From a virus: a DNA stretch of 64,000 nucleotides. Position numbers and translations under genes: made by a program. The notes under the pieces were generated by a model. It was given only the letters and a program-made list of their open reading frames with translations. It made no database searches and had not been told where the DNA came from. This document shows positions 36,097 through 45,637 of this stretch, in pieces. Position 1 is the stretch's first letter. Each line of letters starts with the position of its first letter. The stretch spans positions 1-64,000 of IMG/VR virus record IMGVR_UViG_3300047509_000088; one strand, written 5' to 3'.

Positions 36097-36584
36097 ATTC
36101 TTTCTACCCATACTTGGGGCGGAAGGCCAGGTAAGGCAACCACGACTTTGCCGGATAGCTTCATAGCTTTCCGGATTGTGTCGGCGGTTCCGTTTGACTC
36201 GCCGTTCCAAAACGCGACTATCACGTCAGACGCCAGGACGATTACGGTATTCCGCTCAAACAGGGTTCGGACATATCGCTCACCCTGGGCGGTGACCTCG
36301 ATAACGTCTCGGCGGTACGTCTGGGCCTTGAGGCGAGCTTCCCGGTCGACCCCCCGAGCGCCTCCAGATATCACATATGCGTCGGGATGAAGCAGTTGTA
36401 TGAGCTTGCCGACCCGGTCAAGCTCGGGATAGTTCCGCGAACCGACGATTCCCACCCGTCTGGCGTCCTTCAAAATGTCAATTGAGGTCTTGATCGAAAA
36501 ACACCCCGCCTCGTCCGCGACCTCGGCGCCGACCTTGTTCATCGCCAGAGCGGGGTTGACCAATCCGGTATTGACGTCGGTCAT
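36093..36584 (-). CDS. SLOG/DprA-like Rossmann-fold protein
   Basis: GIVGSR, ISGGARGVD, RN..IV..SD..VAFWNG.S.GT..TI. Confidence 0.85.
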   Translation of the reverse strand: MTDVNTGLVNPALAMNKVGAEVADEAGCFSIKTSIDILKDARRVGIVGSRNYPELDRVGKLIQLLHPDAYVISGGARGVDREARLKAQTYRRDVIEVTAQGERYVRTLFERNTVIVLASDVIVAFWNGESNGTADTIRKAMKLSGKVVVALPGLPPQVWVERI

Positions 36585-36780
36585 GCTTTCCCATCTCTCA
36601 GGCGGATGATCTCTTGGTACATCTCTTCGATCAGATTTGCGCAGTCGAGCAGGTATTGACCGTCCCCTCGACTGTACGGCGGATTCATCCATCGAACAAT
36701 CAAAGCCCTGCGCCGGAGCCCTTCAATTGTGCGATGAACCTTCTTACCGAACCTGGCTGACCCCGGGGCTGGATACACGG

Positions 36781-37653
36781 TCACGCTATGTGATCCCCGG
36801 CCCCGAAAAAGCAGAAATACCACCATGGGCAGTATTTTTCATGGCATGATCGACTCGACGGTTTGGCCGGGAAAATGCCTGCCTCGACCTGGTCGACCTT
36901 TCGGCGAACGACGGCATCGATATATCGCTGTATCTTGCTCGGATCAAACGGGATCTCCCACTCCTGGATCTCATCCTTTCCGAACACTCGTGGTATGACC
37001 AGAAATTTGAAGGTCGGGATTCGATCGTAATGGGCGAAGTATGCACCCATATAGAGGTTGGCCTGGAGATCGTATTTGTCCGGGTTGTCCCATGGCTCCG
37101 TCGTTGACTTGAGGTCCGCGATCAGGTCACCCTCACACTCAAGGTCCAATTTAGCCTCGAAAGCCCAACTGTCCCTCCAGCTCGACTTGGGCGTGAGCGG
37201 GACGAAGATCGAGTGCTCCGTCCTCAATATCCGGATGGAACCGTACTTCTTGATGTAGACGGGAATCTGGCGTTCGAGCCAGTACACCGCCACCTCGCGG
37301 CACCACAACTTGCCGTAGTTGCCTCTGGCTTTGCTGATTGAGCCGTCTTTGTTCAGGTCGGGTGGGTCATCCCAGGTTAATGGGAACTTCTTTCGGTTCG
37401 GTGAGTTGATCTCTCGGTCGAGAAATGCAATTGCCGCCCGAACCGCTTCGGACGAATTGCGTGCCTCGCCCTTGTTGTGCGCCTCGATTCCGCGATGGAT
37501 CGCTGAGCCGTAGATTACGAAGATCCCAATCCCGGAGCGGGGAATTCTTTGTCTGTGATAGGAGAGCGCCAGGTCACAGTCATGGTTGAGCTGGCTAAAG
37601 CTGATCGAATTGCCGACCGGCCGGCTGACGGTACGTTCTACGGTAAGTGGCAA
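36781..37653 (-). CDS. PD-(D/E)XK nuclease (RecB/Cas4-like)
   Basis: SFSQL, GSAIH, E...KLD....IADLKS, Q..LY, C-terminal C...C.WW..C. Confidence 0.85.
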   Translation of the reverse strand: MPLTVERTVSRPVGNSISFSQLNHDCDLALSYHRQRIPRSGIGIFVIYGSAIHRGIEAHNKGEARNSSEAVRAAIAFLDREINSPNRKKFPLTWDDPPDLNKDGSISKARGNYGKLWCREVAVYWLERQIPVYIKKYGSIRILRTEHSIFVPLTPKSSWRDSWAFEAKLDLECEGDLIADLKSTTEPWDNPDKYDLQANLYMGAYFAHYDRIPTFKFLVIPRVFGKDEIQEWEIPFDPSKIQRYIDAVVRRKVDQVEAGIFPAKPSSRSCHEKYCPWWYFCFFGAGDHIA

Positions 37654-37654
37654 T

Positions 37655-37843
37655 TCAGCCTCGAAGCCACCACTTCACCAGGCCGCGAAGTGTACCGTAC
37701 ACAAGCCGATAGTCCTCGCGGTCTGCGGACCCCACGTCAATACGCATCTCGCTGATTCGACGTTCATTCTCGGGGGTGCGCGGGAAGGACATCGCCATGA
37801 TCTCGGCGATATACTCGGACTCGATGCGATGTTGATCTCTCAA
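37655..37843 (-). CDS. Hypothetical protein
   Basis: Packed ORF. Confidence 0.4.
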   Translation of the reverse strand: MRDQHRIESEYIAEIMAMSFPRTPENERRISEMRIDVGSADREDYRLVYGTLRGLVKWWLRG

Positions 37844-37922
37844 ATTCGATTCTTCAGTCTAGCGGTTTGAGGGCTGCCGGCCGAGATGACCGGCAGCCCG
37901 TCACGTGGGGTGTGAAAGTCCT

Positions 37923-38750
37923 CTAGAAGGTGATCTTGGGGGCCGCCGGCTGACCAGCCGGCTGACCACCGGGTACCGGCGGGAGGGGTGGCGGGGCGGG
38001 GGGAGCGACCGGCGGCGGAGCGACGGCGGCGGCCGGAGGTGGTGGCGGGACGGGCGGTGCGGTGGGGATCGGGGCCCACTCGTACGCGGAGCCGTTCAGC
38101 CAGAGGCCGTGGCCGTTCTCGATCCTCTCGAAGGGCTGGCCGTTCGGCGCCAGGGGAACCGCAGCCTGGCCGTTCCCGGGGGTCGGGAGGGGTGGAGCCG
38201 CCTGGGTCGGCTGGACGGCCGCAGGCGGCGGCTGAGCGGCTTGAGGAGGCTGGAAGGCGGATGCAGCGGGTGCGCCGGGGGTCGCAATCGGAACCCCGAC
38301 CTGGCCCGGGACGTACCTCGACCAGCCGATCGGCTTGAGGCGGAGCACCTCGGCATTCGGGTTGGCGTAGTTGCCGACGAATACGACCCGCTGCCCGACC
38401 AGGGCCTCCAGGTCGATCGCGTACGCCTGGTCGTCGGTGATCGGGCCGTAGATCGCCTCGACGAACTGCCGGAGCATCGACTTCTGACCGGACGTGGTGG
38501 CGGACATGGTGAGGTTCATGAAGACCATCAGTTGACCCGGGACGGCCTTCGGCATGTTCGTCAACGGGTCGGTGATCGTGATCTGACTGTACGGACCCTC
38601 GAACACCTTGAAGTGGATCTTGACCTGGTCGTTGCCGAACTTGGGTCCCTTGTCGGCCTTCGGGGCTTCGGCGACCTCGACCGGAAGTGGGGTCATCGGA
38701 GGCAGCGGCGGCCACTGTTCCCTCGCCTTCGGATTTGCCTTCAGCGGCAT
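37923..38750 (-). CDS. Putative ssDNA-binding (OB-fold-like) protein with Pro-rich tail
   Basis: KFG..Q.KI.F, S.LRQFVEA, DLEALVG; flexible tail ending in F; next to nuclease/helicase. Confidence 0.5.
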   Translation of the reverse strand: MPLKANPKAREQWPPLPPMTPLPVEVAEAPKADKGPKFGNDQVKIHFKVFEGPYSQITITDPLTNMPKAVPGQLMVFMNLTMSATTSGQKSMLRQFVEAIYGPITDDQAYAIDLEALVGQRVVFVGNYANPNAEVLRLKPIGWSRYVPGQVGVPIATPGAPAASAFQPPQAAQPPPAAVQPTQAAPPLPTPGNGQAAVPLAPNGQPFERIENGHGLWLNGSAYEWAPIPTAPPVPPPPPAAAVAPPPVAPPAPPPLPPVPGGQPAGQPAAPKITF

Positions 38751-38796
38751 TAATTGTCTATCTCCTTGAACTGACGAACAGACGGGTGGGCAAAGA

Positions 38797-38985
38797 TCAG
38801 ACCAGCTCGACGAGCCCCTTCTCGATGATCTGGGTGACGGCGCGATGGATCTCACGGACGGCGTTGTCGTAGTTCACCGTGCCCTTCATCGGGACGAACT
38901 CCAGCAGTCGGCGGGCGGCGGTCTCCAGTTCGCGGTAGGACTGTCGCTCCGAATCGAGCCTGGCCCTGTCTGCGTCAGTCACCAT
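38797..38985 (-). CDS. Hypothetical protein
   Basis: RBS GGGAGG. Confidence 0.45.
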   Translation of the reverse strand: MVTDADRARLDSERQSYRELETAARRLLEFVPMKGTVNYDNAVREIHRAVTQIIEKGLVELV

Positions 38986-39080
38986 TGACGGCCCTCCCTT
39001 TGATTCTATGTGTGACGAACCAGATGACCGCCAGCGCGATCAGGAACTCGCGAAATAGCCGGTTCATCAGATCAGACGAC

Positions 39081-39479
39081 CTATCCCTTCCCGAGCTTGG
39101 CGACCGCAGCGCGGTATTGCGTCATCAGGTAGGCGCCCATGTCCATCCCCGGGTCGTGCCACAGGTCACGATTGAACTCCAGCTTGACGCCGGTTCCGTC
39201 GGGCGACTGAAAGGTCACCACGTAGGACTCAGGGTGGGTGGTCGCCGTCGGGACCGGGTCCGGGCCGTGAGCGAATCCGGATATCGGGGTGCCGTCTGTA
39301 TAGCGTCCGCGTTTGGTCGGATCGGCATGCTCCCGATACCGCATCCAGAGGTAGCCGCCCACATCGACCCCGGAATCCTCGAACAGCTCACGGCTGAGCT
39401 GTATCAGGCAGTCCGTGGTTGTATCGGGCGACTCGAAGGTCACTGCGTAGAACATGCCTCCGTTGGTCAAATCTACCAT
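39081..39479 (-). CDS. Hypothetical protein with internal duplication
   Basis: Y.VTF.SPD...R.L..D.G.D.G.YL...YR occurs twice. Confidence 0.55.
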   Translation of the reverse strand: MVDLTNGGMFYAVTFESPDTTTDCLIQLSRELFEDSGVDVGGYLWMRYREHADPTKRGRYTDGTPISGFAHGPDPVPTATTHPESYVVTFQSPDGTGVKLEFNRDLWHDPGMDMGAYLMTQYRAAVAKLGKG

Positions 39480-39483
39480 CAGG

Positions 39484-40452
39484 TCATCCCTTCCCGAGCT
39501 TGATCTCGCGGCCCACCTCGTCCGCAACCTGATTCACCTGCCAGACGACCAGCCCGATCAGACCGGAGATGTTGGTCATCATCGTATGTCTCGGATCAGG
39601 CTCGGCCTGGATGTGCGCCTGGACCTCGAAGCTCTCATAGGCGCCGACGTTGACGACCCGCTTGGCGGTCGCGTGAAGCGCGAAGACGTCCGGCCGGAAG
39701 GGTGCGTCGGGATCGAGGTCGACCTTTGGGCGGTTCCGACTGCCGACCGGCCGACCGCGCCTGGGTCTCGGGGTGTCGACCGTCCGACCGTCCTCCCCCG
39801 GACCAGCCGGCTGATCATCCGCCGTCTGGTTGGGCGGGATCTCGTCGATTGGTACCGTGACGACCTCGCCGTTCGACATCATCACTCCGGCCTCGACGAT
39901 CGTCCGGGTGTTCGCGGCTTCGGCCGTCAGGTCGGTCAGAGGTGGCGGCTCGGCAGCGGCCGGCGGTGGCGGTACGTGTGGCCCCGGCTCGGGGGCTGGC
40001 CTGGTGGCGGCCGTCTGACCGGCTGTCTGAACAACCGGCTGTTCGGCCGTCAGATCAACCGTCTGAACAACCGTCTGGCCGATTGGAGGCGGGAGCGGAG
40101 GAGGTGGCGGCGGTCCAGCCGTCTGTTGTCCGGCCACCTGGACAGGCGGCGGCGGTGGCGGCGGGACGGGTGGACTGGCCGGAGCCGGAGGCGGGGTCGC
40201 CTTCGGGACAGATCGAGCGCGGGGGGCCATTCGCAATCTCCTTAACTTAATATGCCAGCAGTCGGGAGCGGTTTCGAGGCCCCCAGCGCGACATTCACAC
40301 GTGATTGTTCCGTCAGATAATCCTACCTGACGGTATCGGGTTTGTCCATCCCGGCTGATAATTCGGGTTGTGTTTGGATCAAGAGTTCGATAGACCCGAC
40401 GAACGCGAGCGATCTCTTCAATTGACGCCGAACGACTAAAGAGTTTTGCCAC
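39484..40452 (-). CDS. SWIM Zn-finger / Pro-rich / AT-hook protein
   Basis: ITCEC...CWHI; RPRRGRP.GSRNRPK; internal RBS plus ATG at 40230. Confidence 0.6.
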   Translation of the reverse strand: MAKLFSRSASIEEIARVRRVYRTLDPNTTRIISRDGQTRYRQVGLSDGTITCECRAGGLETAPDCWHIKLRRLRMAPRARSVPKATPPPAPASPPVPPPPPPPVQVAGQQTAGPPPPPPLPPPIGQTVVQTVDLTAEQPVVQTAGQTAATRPAPEPGPHVPPPPAAAEPPPLTDLTAEAANTRTIVEAGVMMSNGEVVTVPIDEIPPNQTADDQPAGPGEDGRTVDTPRPRRGRPVGSRNRPKVDLDPDAPFRPDVFALHATAKRVVNVGAYESFEVQAHIQAEPDPRHTMMTNISGLIGLVVWQVNQVADEVGREIKLGKG

Positions 40453-40468
40453 TTGGTTGGCGGACTGA

Positions 40469-41383
40469 TCAAGAGGTGAATGCGGTCTTGATCCTGGTCC
40501 AGAGGGTTTCTAGGGCGGTGACCCGGCCGGTCAGAGCGGAGTCGTCGTATGCCGGTCCGGCCGGTCCAGTCGGGTAGGTCATGGCGACAGCCGCCTTGGC
40601 CGCCGTCCAGTCCTGCTCGACCTTGCCCGAGAGGTTGACGACCTTGTAGTAGACCTGTTGACTGCCGACGCCCACCACGCGGACCATGAAGTGCTGTCCG
40701 TCCGGGGACCAGTCGGTCCGCTCGGTACCGGGGACGCCGACTCCTCCCCAGTCCTCCAGGGTGACATTCGCCGGGTTGCCGTCTGGCGTGACCATGTGAT
40801 AGATGTGGCCATTGCCGCCGACCACAGCGTCATCCCAGCGTCCATTTCCGGACGGGTGATACATTGAGTTTCCCTCCCTTGTGGGTGGCGGTCCTGGATC
40901 AGGCGCGGGTGCGGGCCCCAGACCGAGACTTGCCATCCAGCCGGGGTCCGTGATGTTCGAGACGTCGTAGTGGCCGCCGGCACCCATCGCCGGATCAGCG
41001 TACTGCACGGCCGCCGCACCCGGGATGCTGTGCGGACGTCCCGTGTAGTGTGCGATCCAGAGCGAGTAATTGAGCCCCGCGCATGCAGCCTGGACGGCCA
41101 TCATGGTACTGAGGTTGCAGTAGATACAGGGTTTCGCCAGACCGGCGGCCTGGCGCATCCTGATCCAGCCGGGACATTCGCCGGGGGTGGCGTCTCCGGT
41201 CTCGCAGTCGAGCACATGGCCGCCGTTCCACCCGGCCGAGACCGAGATGACCAGCTTGTACGGCGTGCTGAACCGGTCCCAGTCGGCCTGTGACCAGCGA
41301 TAGATCCCGTTCCCGTATCCGCCGACGGCCGGAGCATCAGCCGGGATATCTCGGGCCGTGACCGAATCGTACAAGTCAGCCAT
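40469..41383 (-). CDS. Endolysin/muramidase (GH25/DUF1906-like TIM barrel)
   Basis: YDSV...VGGY, VLDCETGDATP, P.IYCN, LWIAHYTG, AVQY, YDVS; Pro linker and C-terminal binding domain. Confidence 0.75.
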   Translation of the reverse strand: MADLYDSVTARDIPADAPAVGGYGNGIYRWSQADWDRFSTPYKLVISVSAGWNGGHVLDCETGDATPGECPGWIRMRQAAGLAKPCIYCNLSTMMAVQAACAGLNYSLWIAHYTGRPHSIPGAAAVQYADPAMGAGGHYDVSNITDPGWMASLGLGPAPAPDPGPPPTREGNSMYHPSGNGRWDDAVVGGNGHIYHMVTPDGNPANVTLEDWGGVGVPGTERTDWSPDGQHFMVRVVGVGSQQVYYKVVNLSGKVEQDWTAAKAAVAMTYPTGPAGPAYDDSALTGRVTALETLWTRIKTAFTS

Positions 41384-41724
41384 CAGTCCTCCTTCGGATA
41401 GACGAGCCGCATGATCGGCTTCGGATGGTGCCAGACGATTCTGGGATGACGAGCGTTCGGCAGGCCGTCCCGGCATTCGACACGACCCTCCCCCCGTCCC
41501 CTCCGAAACCACTCCTTCTTGGCCCAGATCGGCCACATCGACCAGGGCATCATGTCGAACATCAGCTCGACCGACACCGGGGTCAAGGCGCCGTATACCT
41601 GAGCTTGAACCATGAAGTCGTGAGTGGGTCGAGGGTCCTGGAGAAGCTCGTCCGACATCACCGGATCAGTCAGCGCCGGGAGATGGGCGGCGAGATAGTC
41701 CTCCAGGTGGTCGCCAAGCGTCAT
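41383..41724 (-). CDS. Hypothetical protein
   Basis: Coupled ORF. Confidence 0.45.
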   Translation of the reverse strand: MTLGDHLEDYLAAHLPALTDPVMSDELLQDPRPTHDFMVQAQVYGALTPVSVELMFDMMPWSMWPIWAKKEWFRRGRGEGRVECRDGLPNARHPRIVWHHPKPIMRLVYPKED

Positions 41725-42197
41725 CCCGGGAGCGGCGCTTCCATGGTGTTGGCCGGCGGCGCCAGCGGCGGGACAGACGGCCCCACGGGCTGTCCGATCT
41801 TCGGCTTCCGGACCCGCTTCGGCTTTGACGCGGTCTGTTCGGTCGCGGCCGGGACGTCGGCGGTCGAGGTGCCATTGCCGGCCTCACGCTTGGCGGCGCG
41901 AGCTGCACGTGCCTTGGCGAGCGCCGCACGCTTCCGGGCGAGGACTTCGGGGTCGGTGATCGGCCGGCGCGTCTTCTTGACCGGCTGATCGACCGTCTGA
42001 CCGCCGGGCGGACGGCCGCGCCGCTTGCCGCCGGTTGAACCGATTGAACCGGGAACCGTGCCGAGCGCGGAGTGGACCTCGTCCAGCTCTGCCTTCAGGG
42101 TCGAGTTCTCGGCCTCCAGCTCGGCGTTTCGTGCGACCAGCGCGGCGATTGAGCCGGCGGCGCTTCCGGTGGTCCGTGTCTTCTTTCGGGGTGCCAT
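41721..42197 (-). CDS. Basic coiled-coil/AT-hook DNA-binding protein
   Basis: Coiled coil, KRRGRPP, KR-rich helix; leaderless promoter. Confidence 0.6.
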   Translation of the reverse strand: MAPRKKTRTTGSAAGSIAALVARNAELEAENSTLKAELDEVHSALGTVPGSIGSTGGKRRGRPPGGQTVDQPVKKTRRPITDPEVLARKRAALAKARAARAAKREAGNGTSTADVPAATEQTASKPKRVRKPKIGQPVGPSVPPLAPPANTMEAPLPG

Positions 42198-42203
42198 TTC
42201 GCG

Positions 42204-42232
42204 AGGATACACTTTCTATCGGGCGATGTCAC
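42204..42232 (-). promoter_or_regulatory. Promoter GTGACA-17-TATCCT, leaderless
   Basis: 6 nt before ATG 42197. Confidence 0.6.
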
Positions 42233-42523
42233 CAGAATTTCGAGATGAAGTGGGCGACGACATAGACGATCAAGCCGATCAAACCGATTGCGACCAACGC
42301 GACGAAGACGAACCAAGCGACGAAGCATCCAGAGCTGGGTCCGGGTATGGACGGGCCGGTCATGAGATCACCACGCCATCCGGGTCCAGCTCGACCTTGG
42401 TGACCTCGACCAGATCTTTCGCGTCGGCTGGCTCGCCGGCCTCGATCCGAAGGGGTTCAACCTGCATGAAAACGTCCACGCTCGGCGGCAGCTTCGATAG
42501 GAGGTTCTGTAGGCGCCAGTTCT

Positions 42524-42928
42524 TCACGATCCTTTCTCCAGCAGCTTCTTCGCGCGGCGTTCCAGCCGGCCGACCCAATCCGTCTGGCGCCGGGACGGAG
42601 CCATGACCACCCGCCCCAATTTGGCTTCCTGTCTGCGGAGCGCCTTGATCTGACTGGACAGGTGCTCGACATGGGCCCGTCCTTTCTCGAATCGGTCGGT
42701 CGGATCGACGTCGCCCAGGGCGTCCGCGATCTCCAGCTTGAGTGGCTTGTTCTCGGTCAGGCCGCCAGATCCGGACGGTCGAGACATCGGGTTTCGCATC
42801 TTCGCCTCACTGACGGCTGGCAGAATATACGTCCTGTGCCACCATTCCTGCTCCTGTATGAGCTTACCGATCTCCTTCAGGAGCATCATGCGTTGTAGCC
42901 GGACGTCTTTGTCTGCCTGTTTGGTCAT
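42524..42928 (-). CDS. Hypothetical helical protein
   Basis: ORF in operon. Confidence 0.5.
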   Translation of the reverse strand: MTKQADKDVRLQRMMLLKEIGKLIQEQEWWHRTYILPAVSEAKMRNPMSRPSGSGGLTENKPLKLEIADALGDVDPTDRFEKGRAHVEHLSSQIKALRRQEAKLGRVVMAPSRRQTDWVGRLERRAKKLLEKGS

Positions 42929-42933
42929 ATCGG

Positions 42934-43266
42934 TTACTGAAGTCTTGCCGTGTCGGGATCAAGCTCGGATCGCCCCTTCGCGATGGGCGGGTTGAAGTGG
43001 ATGTGCGATCGGTTCCGGGCCCAGACCCAGACCGGCCCGGCATGGATGCCGGGCGACCCTATCCGGCAAACAACCGGCGTCTCCTCGCCGATGACCATCC
43101 GCTTCCGCTCCGGGTCGGCCAGGACAATACAGGTCCCATCGTCTGTCTGCGCGGACCAGTAGTGCGCGCCCGTACCGGGATAGTTGGGGTCCTCGTGGTA
43201 GCCCATGTCCTCGACCACGGTTGCTGTTCGGGTAGTTCCTCCAAATGGCGTCGGCTTCCAACCCAT
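42934..43266 (-). CDS. Hypothetical protein (leaderless)
   Basis: TGA-TATACT 6 nt before ATG. Confidence 0.55.
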   Translation of the reverse strand: MGWKPTPFGGTTRTATVVEDMGYHEDPNYPGTGAHYWSAQTDDGTCIVLADPERKRMVIGEETPVVCRIGSPGIHAGPVWVWARNRSHIHFNPPIAKGRSELDPDTARLQ

Positions 43267-43272
43267 CCCAGG

Positions 43273-43295
43273 AGTATATCAGGTTCGAGCGTCCA
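43273..43295 (-). promoter_or_regulatory. Phage promoter TGGACGC-N7-TGA-TATACT
   Basis: Member of a 5-copy motif family. Confidence 0.65.
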
Positions 43296-43351
43296 GCCGA
43301 TCAGCCGGTTTAGCCGGTTAGCCGGTTAGCCGGTTTAGCCGGTTAGACGGT
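43296..43351. repeat. (AGCCGGTT)n 8-bp tandem repeat
   Basis: Five near-perfect units plus degenerate flanks. Confidence 0.85.
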
Positions 43352-43573
43352 CAATCTCTTACGCGGTGGCGGATAGACACGGATGGCTCGCTGGCAACAC
43401 CACGTCTCGACCCGGTCATGCGAGTGCCGGACGTCCACCCCGAGATCGTCCTTCTCGTAACGCGTTTCGACGCCATGACGAATGATCGTCACCACTCGGT
43501 TCATGTGATGACAGAGGCATCGACAGGACTGAAGGTCGTCGTTCGGGGGTAGTCTGTCATACTCAACTGTCAT
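43343..43573 (-). CDS. Small Cys-rich protein
   Basis: CRCLCH...WCC. Confidence 0.45.
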   Translation of the reverse strand: MTVEYDRLPPNDDLQSCRCLCHHMNRVVTIIRHGVETRYEKDDLGVDVRHSHDRVETWCCQRAIRVYPPPRKRLTV

Positions 43574-45030
43574 CCCAGTACACTCTCCAGACTGATTGAC
43601 GTGAACAATGAAGCCTTGTGGGTATCGTCGCCGATGATCTCGCTTATCCGTTCATCAAAGGTATTCTCGGCTTCGAGAATAATGACGGATAGATGATCAT
43701 GTCGGGTAGTCAGGCGGTAGTTCCTGTCCAGGGATTGCAGGACCGCTTCCGTATCCGGAGTTCTAGAATGATAAATCATAACGCTGGCTTCCGGCAGGTT
43801 GAGACCGGCACTACCCTTCGCAAGGGTGCTAACAAACACATCCGACTTACCTGACTTGAATGAGTCATGCGCAGCCAGGTTGATGCTGTCCCGACTGGGT
43901 CCGGAGCCGTAGTAAGCAACCGCCTTATACCCGGCTTGAACGAGTAGGTCGGTAACCCTCTGGCATTCCGGCCTGAACGCGGTCCAGACAATCGCCTTCT
44001 CGCTCTCGATCTCGGGCATGATCACGTCTATCAGGTGACGGGTCTTGGCATTATCGTCATGCCACTGCCATCTATCCGTATCAATTGCCTCGAACCCGGC
44101 TGTCACTTGACATAACCTGAGCATCTCCGTCAGCCGGGAGGTGATCGCCCCTTCTACAATTCGGCCGGTCTCGGGGTCGGTCAGACGGACTTTCAATTCT
44201 CGCCGGATGTAGTTGTACGATTTCCTCTGCCAGTCCGGCAGCGTCAGTCGGTCATACCGAAACGTCCTGGGGATATTCAACACGGCCGACTTGGGGACCT
44301 GGTATCTAACCGAATCCAAAAGGCGGTTCAATCCGGCTGGGTCTTTGACGACCAGCTCCTTGCCGCGACCATCTACTACGAGAAATCGATCGATAAATTC
44401 CTGTTTGTTCCCGGGCTTCAAGGAGCCGTCTGGGCGCTGAACGGTCCAGGCGCCGAGCCAGCGAAGTATCGGATAAAGGTCGGTCGTATTCTTGATCATC
44501 GGCAAACCGGACATGGCCAACTTGAAGTCGGCGTCTAATCGGGGCTGGTGATAATTGGTCAACAACTTGGTTCGAGCGGCCGAGGCGGTTCGGAAGCCGG
44601 CGCACTCGTCGATCACGATCATGTCCCACTCGTACCCGGCCAAGATCTTGCCGAATGCTGGCAGATCTTCGCGGTCGTGGACCCATACGGTCGCCTCGTC
44701 AGGCGGGGTTTCTTCGAGCAACCTTTGTCGCTTTACACGCGGACAATCCAGGATCACATATTTGAGGTTAGGGGCGTGGGTTCGTAGTTGATCTTGCCAG
44801 ACTGTCCGGAGGTTGGAGTGTCTTGCCAGGACGAGGACTTGACAGGTTGGTCTGTGGACTGTCAGCTCAAGAATCTCTTCAATCGCTGATAGAGATTTCC
44901 CCAAACCTAACCCCGCCTCCAATAGGCAATTTTCATGCAGTTGACCGTCGACCTGGCCGCGCCTGAACTGTTTGAACTGATATTGATGCCAATGCGGTTT
45001 GGTCGGCGATCTCCACTTAATTTGGGTCAT
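43570..45030 (-). CDS. SNF2-family helicase
   Basis: GLGLGKS, IVIDEC, MSG.P, L.Q.TAG, G.AGLNL, Q..DR.YR. Confidence 0.9.
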   Translation of the reverse strand: MTQIKWRSPTKPHWHQYQFKQFRRGQVDGQLHENCLLEAGLGLGKSLSAIEEILELTVHRPTCQVLVLARHSNLRTVWQDQLRTHAPNLKYVILDCPRVKRQRLLEETPPDEATVWVHDREDLPAFGKILAGYEWDMIVIDECAGFRTASAARTKLLTNYHQPRLDADFKLAMSGLPMIKNTTDLYPILRWLGAWTVQRPDGSLKPGNKQEFIDRFLVVDGRGKELVVKDPAGLNRLLDSVRYQVPKSAVLNIPRTFRYDRLTLPDWQRKSYNYIRRELKVRLTDPETGRIVEGAITSRLTEMLRLCQVTAGFEAIDTDRWQWHDDNAKTRHLIDVIMPEIESEKAIVWTAFRPECQRVTDLLVQAGYKAVAYYGSGPSRDSINLAAHDSFKSGKSDVFVSTLAKGSAGLNLPEASVMIYHSRTPDTEAVLQSLDRNYRLTTRHDHLSVIILEAENTFDERISEIIGDDTHKASLFTSISLESVLG

Positions 45031-45036
45031 GACTTC

Positions 45037-45351
45037 TCATGACTTCTCTTGGGCGCGGCGCTTCTCGATATCGGCGATCACCTCCGAGAACGACTTACCG
45101 GTCCTCTGCTCCCAGGCGGCGGTCATCTCCGGGGTTATGTAGTCGTCGTCCGATTCGTACACCAATCGAGGGTGGGTCGGATAGGTCTGGTTCTCGGCGT
45201 CGATCATGGACCCGCAGACGGCGTGCTTCTCGAACCAGGCGTCGAGCTTGGCTTCGAGGTCCGGCTTGGTGGCCCAGGGCTTCACGAAGTGCTTGGCGAG
45301 CATGAAGTCGTCACCACAGACACACCGTAAATACATGCGGTCGTTAGCCAT
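45037..45351 (-). CDS. Hypothetical Zn-binding protein
   Basis: MAN.RMYLRC.CG...WFEKH..C. Confidence 0.5.
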   Translation of the reverse strand: MANDRMYLRCVCGDDFMLAKHFVKPWATKPDLEAKLDAWFEKHAVCGSMIDAENQTYPTHPRLVYESDDDYITPEMTAAWEQRTGKSFSEVIADIEKRRAQEKS

Positions 45352-45463
45352 TATCTCGCGAGTATCTCCCACCACATCATCAGGACCAGAGTCGTCTCGA
45401 TCCAGAGGATAAGCGCCATGATGCGATTGACGATCTCCCAGGTTGATTGATTAGATTGGTCGG

Positions 45464-45631
45464 TCATTGGTTCGAGTCTGGGTCGTACATCTGAGTCGGC
45501 CAGATTGTGTAATGAGCCCACTCGTGTAAACGGGAAATCCACTGCCAGTCAACTCGCCGATTCCAGATCAGCCAATTCGTGAACTGCCAGATCCACCAGA
45601 GCGGATACCGGAGTGGATTCCTCGGGTTCAC
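45464..45631 (-). CDS. 55-aa Trp-rich protein (leaderless)
   Basis: GTG 6 nt after TGATATACT; read manually. Confidence 0.5.
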   Translation of the reverse strand: MNPRNPLRYPLWWIWQFTNWLIWNRRVDWQWISRLHEWAHYTIWPTQMYDPDSNQ

Positions 45632-45637
45632 GGCCGG

